Assembly: GCA_048128005.1 (NCBI GenBank)
Contig: JBEUKZ010000071.1
Coordinates: 62,001 to 126,000, forward strand
Source of the DNA: Veleropilina oligotropha
Taxonomy: Eukaryota
Direction: 5' to 3'
Length of the DNA: 64,000 nt
In this document: piece after piece, positions 59,590 through 64,000 of the stretch
Layout of the letters: every line of letters begins with the position of its first letter
How positions within the stretch are numbered: position 1 is the first letter of the stretch
Made by a program: the position numbers and the translations under genes
The notes under the pieces: generated by a model
What the model saw: only the letters and a program-made list of their open reading frames with translations
What the model was told of the DNA's origin: nothing
The model's database searches: none

Positions 59590-61044
59590 ATAGAAGAACA
59601 TACTATTATATTGTAATTTGTATTGTAATTTAAATTTTGAATAAAGATGAAACAGTCAATCAGCAATTTTAACCTACTTTTTCTTTGTCTGTACATTTCA
59701 TGTTATTTTCAAATTTTACGTCCATGCTTCTTATAATGTATTGTATATTCTACTTTCATGTGCATTTATTGTTTTATTTGATCGTCATGTTTATAGCATT
59801 ACACATTGGAGTGTATAGTATTGGCGATGTATACCTTGAATGTATATTGTATCTATGACATAGTGTGATTGGCCAGTGGCCTAAATAAAGATTGATTTAT
59901 TGGTATCCTAGTATTCAGATTAACTTTATTAACAAGCATAGAATTGCTACTTATCTAAATAAATTTCATGCATGCACATTATATTACATGTGACATGGTG
60001 TTTAAGTTATTAAAAGGGATTAAGATAATGCACACAGCGCATTAATCAGGTGGGGCGAAACCTCCATGGAAGGTGGGGCGAAACCTCCATGGTAGATTTT
60101 CAAGTGGGGCGAACCGGTAATGGCGCGAACTTGATTGGGGCGAAACCTCTAGGAACCCTTTAAAAATTATCAAATATTAAGATATTATAACATGTGGTTT
60201 TATGGTATAGGTGGCCTTAGCTATTTTGATTGAATGACAATAAAGCACCATTTTATCAAATAAAACAGCAACCCTCAGGTTACTTCTATAATATATAAGA
60301 CCGGGTTGACGTGCCTTTCATACCCTACCTTATATCCGAAGCACCGGAATCATTAACACTCATTATCGAGTCGATTCCTTATGGGAAGAAGAAGAAGATG
60401 ACGAGCAGGTTCCCGGGAACGGTTTTGGATCAATTTACTTATTAAAAATAGCGAAACAAACAGTAAATCCTTATATTGTATAAATATTCATGAATATATA
60501 TATACCTGTTTGTTTTTAGTGATTTTGTTGTCATCATGTATGATAAAACGCATTATTTGTCAATGTTTATAATAAAACCGTCAAACTTCAATTCTTAATA
60601 TGACACCATTTTCCTCCTCGGTCGTGCCCTCTATATGAATAATTAGCTATATGATGTGGATTGAATGAAAACGAAATGGTAACGTCAGAGAATTTCATAT
60701 GGAAGTCTATTTACAAGTTACAAATAGCATGATATAAATTGCATTTATATTAAAATTATTAATTAAAATGACATTATTATATTCTTTCCTGCCAAACTGA
60801 AAAAATATAATTTCTGCCATCCATATTTTTAATTTACCAAAATGGCGACCGTCTTCTGTTTACATTCTAAAAGTTAATAACGGTCCGTTTTGTGCTCCAA
60901 AGTAGCTTTTCTGTGTCAAGGTAACAAAATTGAGGCAGCATGTGATGAAATTTGGTATTTATAAAGGAACATATACCGATGCAAGTAAGTGATAACTATT
61001 ATTATGTAAATGGTGCTGTTATTCATTAAATATTGGCAAAAATA

Positions 61045-61470
61045 TAATCTGTAATTCACTCATCTATATTTTCACTCACGTGAGTGAAAATATTTTCCAT
61101 ATTTCACTCTCGTGAGTGAAAATATCAAAAACGCATCATAAAATGACGTCATAAAAACGCTGTCCATGGCGACGTCATCCATGGCGAACTACATTTCAAC
61201 ATTACAACGTCAACAGCGAAGGCGTTCGTTCTTCCTCAAAAATAAGCATGGCTATATAATGAAAACGGTATTTAATTGATAACTAACCCATTTATATAAT
61301 AAATAGAACATTCTATGTTATGTCAGAAATATTAAATATATTTTGTCTCGTGAACTATATCCTAGCCGATTCACTCAAGGCCTCTGGCCTTTCGTGAATC
61401 CGCTAGGATATATTTCACTCGACAAAATATATTTAATATTTCTGACATACCATCAAATACCCTCTATTTA
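61045..61470. repeat. Palindromic interspersed repeat with a long hairpin (61300-61470), possibly Crypton-related
   Basis: TTTCACTCACGTGAGTGAAA palindromes, plus arms ATGTCAGAAATATTAAATATATTTTGTC / GACAAAATATATTTAATATTTCTGACAT. Confidence 0.5.
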
Positions 61471-62233
61471 TTACTTTATTGTAATTTAGTATATTGCGCC
61501 ACGGGCTGTGATTTTCACCTTTAGAATATTCTGCGGTGAGAAATGTTAGGTCAGCCGTTAGAGTCTGACTCTGATTAGGAACTAGAGCCTGAGAGTCTGA
61601 TTAGGAACTATAGCAGGCTCTAACGTTGTTGGACTCCAATGGAGTACCCTCAGGGTTAGCCCTTACTTCAGATTCCAATTCGGCATTATTCACCCATTGA
61701 TATTCTTTTCGCGTAGTGTATTATTGGTCATATTTGTAGTATTTTTCAACTTCGTTAAGGGGATCATTTGTCACTGTCTCACAGATTGTTTCTCATACCG
61801 TATAATAACTATTTAATAACGGAAAGCATTTTTAATTTTATATTTTAATAAATCAACTGTATGCCTGCAAAACTAATAAATTGATGTCATTATGATAAGC
61901 AGATCTGAGAAATGAAATAAATATATAAAGCATGTTATTTATTGAAAATCCCTACATATCGGATCCTCAAATTTTCCTGCATTTCGAATCAAGGTAATGT
62001 ACATGCTTTTTATGCATAAACATTATCTCTTGTATACATGCGTAACTTAACTTTGGAAGAAGCTCTTCCATAATTATAGTAGTAAGTTGTATTATCTTTG
62101 TATATCACCAGTCTAGCATGATAACTTTTCATCTAAAATGGCACTTATTACTCCTCAGAAATGTAAAGTTTTAATTTCATTGATATTGAACAAGCTGTTT
62201 ATGTCACAATCTTATCTTCACTTTGCAGGAAAG

Positions 62234-62924
62234 ATGCCGGTAGCAAAGTTTCACCATCACCATGGGCAGAATATTTGTCTACTTGATGACAGCATCGTTG
62301 CATACAGAGAAACCAGCTTTGCACAAGCACTAACATTCAGTGAAAAGCCACTAAAACCAGGTGAAATATTTCTTGTGGAGATTGAAAAGAATGAACGTGG
62401 TTGGAGTGGGCATCTGAGAATCGGCCTCACACAGTACAATCCCAGCGAGCATTTCGATCTCCCCCAGTACGCCCTCCCTGACCTAACCAACATGGGGCAG
62501 TCGTGGATATTTGCAGTGACCAAGTCTCACAACACGATGTTCGTTGAGGGTTGCGATTCACCAAATGGCGACTCGGGGTATGGACATTCTATTTTAGGTC
62601 ATTCGGACGTCGTGCGAACGTCTAACGGCGCGTTTTGTCGCAGCATGCTTATGCCTGTGCTTCTTCAGTCAAGTCGCGACGACAAACTGTGGTCCATGGA
62701 CCACGGAGCTAAGAGTCTTCAGAACATCATCCCGACGGACGTGGGCAGTCGCATCGGCATCCTATACATCGTGGTGGACAATGAGGCCGAAATGCATTTT
62801 ATAATCAATGGTGAAGACCAGGGAGCCTGCGCCAAGAAGATCCCCTACCGGGATGCACCGCTGTACGTTGTGGTAGACGTGTACGGCACGACAAAGCAAG
62901 TCAGGATCGTCCAGCTGTACGGAG
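62234..62924 (+). CDS. NEURL2: Neuralized-like protein 2 (NHR domain), main coding exon; SOCS-box exon expected beyond the right edge
   Basis: [97 protein letters not shown]; acceptor CAG at 62226-62228, donor GTGAGC at 62925. Confidence 0.9.
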
Positions 62925-63714
62925 GTGAGCTAAAACAGTTTCTTTCCATTATATTTGGATTAACTATGTCTGTTTTTATTTATTTCATCTTTAGAAATTC
63001 CCACATTAATACCTCTGATAATGATTTTGGGCAATTCCACGGCAACGTTGTCATGAAGACAAGACCATATTTCATCTATATTTAATCAAATATATGCAAT
63101 ATAAAATATATTTTGCTGCCATTTTCACTGTTATAGAAGTACTTCAATAAAAATAAAGTATATACAGATATGAAGGCAATATTTTTAAAATTTACCAAAT
63201 GTATGTCTTAAAAACATGAATTACCAAAATTGGAGGTAGGCACCAATTAAAGATGCTATCTGGTGTGCATTTGAAATTAAATATTTTAAACCTCTAGTGT
63301 TAGCATATTAAAGAGGAATATCTCCTATTTCAATTTGCACTAACAGCAATTCGACTAAAATTAAGATTAAGTAAAAAATTGGTCTTTCTTGGTAAAACAC
63401 TTCAACGTCAGTTACAAAATCGATGTAACGTCAGTTACGGAGACATTAGTTGCTCTGTGTAAACTAATTGAAAATAACTTATCTAATTAACCATATATGG
63501 GCATCGATCCTTTCAATGAGATGAGCAGATAGTTGAAGTATATGGAGGAATTTTTTCCTGTTGAAATTAATGAAATGAAGATTGGATAATTAGTTGTACA
63601 GTAAATAAATATCTGCATTTTATCTGCATTTTATTTTAAAATATAAAATTTATATGCATTTTATTTTAAAATATAAAATTTCAAGATCTTGACATTGTAT
63701 CGAATGTACGTAAA

Positions 63715-64000
63715 TATATAGTTACAAACATACTTACGTCCTTACTCTTGCCATAATAGCATATTATCGCCCAAACCGGAAATGGTGAATATGTCCCATA
63801 ATGCACCGTTAACAAGCCAAAAAAGCACACGGTTACCTCCCCTGCTCCTACCCCCCACGTTCCCTAGCGAGACTTCGCCAAGTCTCGTGAGACTTCTGAA
63901 CAATAGAAGTCACATGACATCAATTCAAAGTTTTCCGCTGTCGCGGAAAGACGTTGTTTTGCTCCGCAAATATTTCGATATAGGCGCCCGATTTCACGTT
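63715..64000 (+). mobile_element. 5' end of a second copy of the same DIRS element (runs off the window)
   Basis: Matches 51861-52147 with two substitutions and one 1-nt indel seen. Confidence 0.93.

Larger units (their letters stand above)
38451..60157 (+). mobile_element. Mutator-like (MULE) element, internally deleted and expanded by nested insertions
   Basis: Perfect 9-bp TSD CTTTAAAAA (38442-38450, 60158-60166); TIRs GGTACATAGAGGTTTCGCCCC and GGGGCGAAACCTCTAGGAACC; subterminal GGTTTCGCCCC repeats; coding remnants at 51660 and 59390. Confidence 0.85.

Noticed and set aside
60330..60470. Possible non-coding first exon or promoter of NEURL2
   Set aside because: Only a weak donor-like GTAAAT and locally higher GC; cannot be supported without transcript data.
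62138..63085. NEURL2 as a single 315-aa ORF
   Set aside because: Both ends are intronic read-through; splice sites at 62228 and 62925 bound the conserved part.

Overview
AT-rich, intron-containing invertebrate animal DNA; the repeat types look lophotrochozoan, but that is inference. Two host genes flank the window: the first seven coding exons of nucleoporin SEH1L (minus strand, 9323 running off the left edge) and the large NHR-domain exon of NEURL2 (plus strand, 62234-62924). Almost everything else is nested mobile DNA. (1) SEH1L intron 2 holds a SINE split by a decayed Kolobok-like element, which itself contains MITEs. (2) There are three LINEs. (3) A very young 4.2 kb LTR element has no gag/pol and carries only an env-like ORF. 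(4) A 13 kb IS3EU-like DNA transposon with palindromic TIR arrays carries a spliced SAM/ubiquitin-like/HECT E3-ligase gene convergent with its DDE transposase. (5) A MULE (9-bp TSD) is inflated to 21.7 kb by an EnSpm/CACTA-like element and an intact DIRS1-type retrotransposon. A second copy of that DIRS starts at the right edge. The most striking observations are the HECT-carrying transposon, the DIRS gag stop context CCC-TAG-G (it could yield Gag, Gag-YR by readthrough and Gag-RT by +1 frameshift), and the env-only LTR element. All family assignments come from reading motifs by eye; no database search was run.
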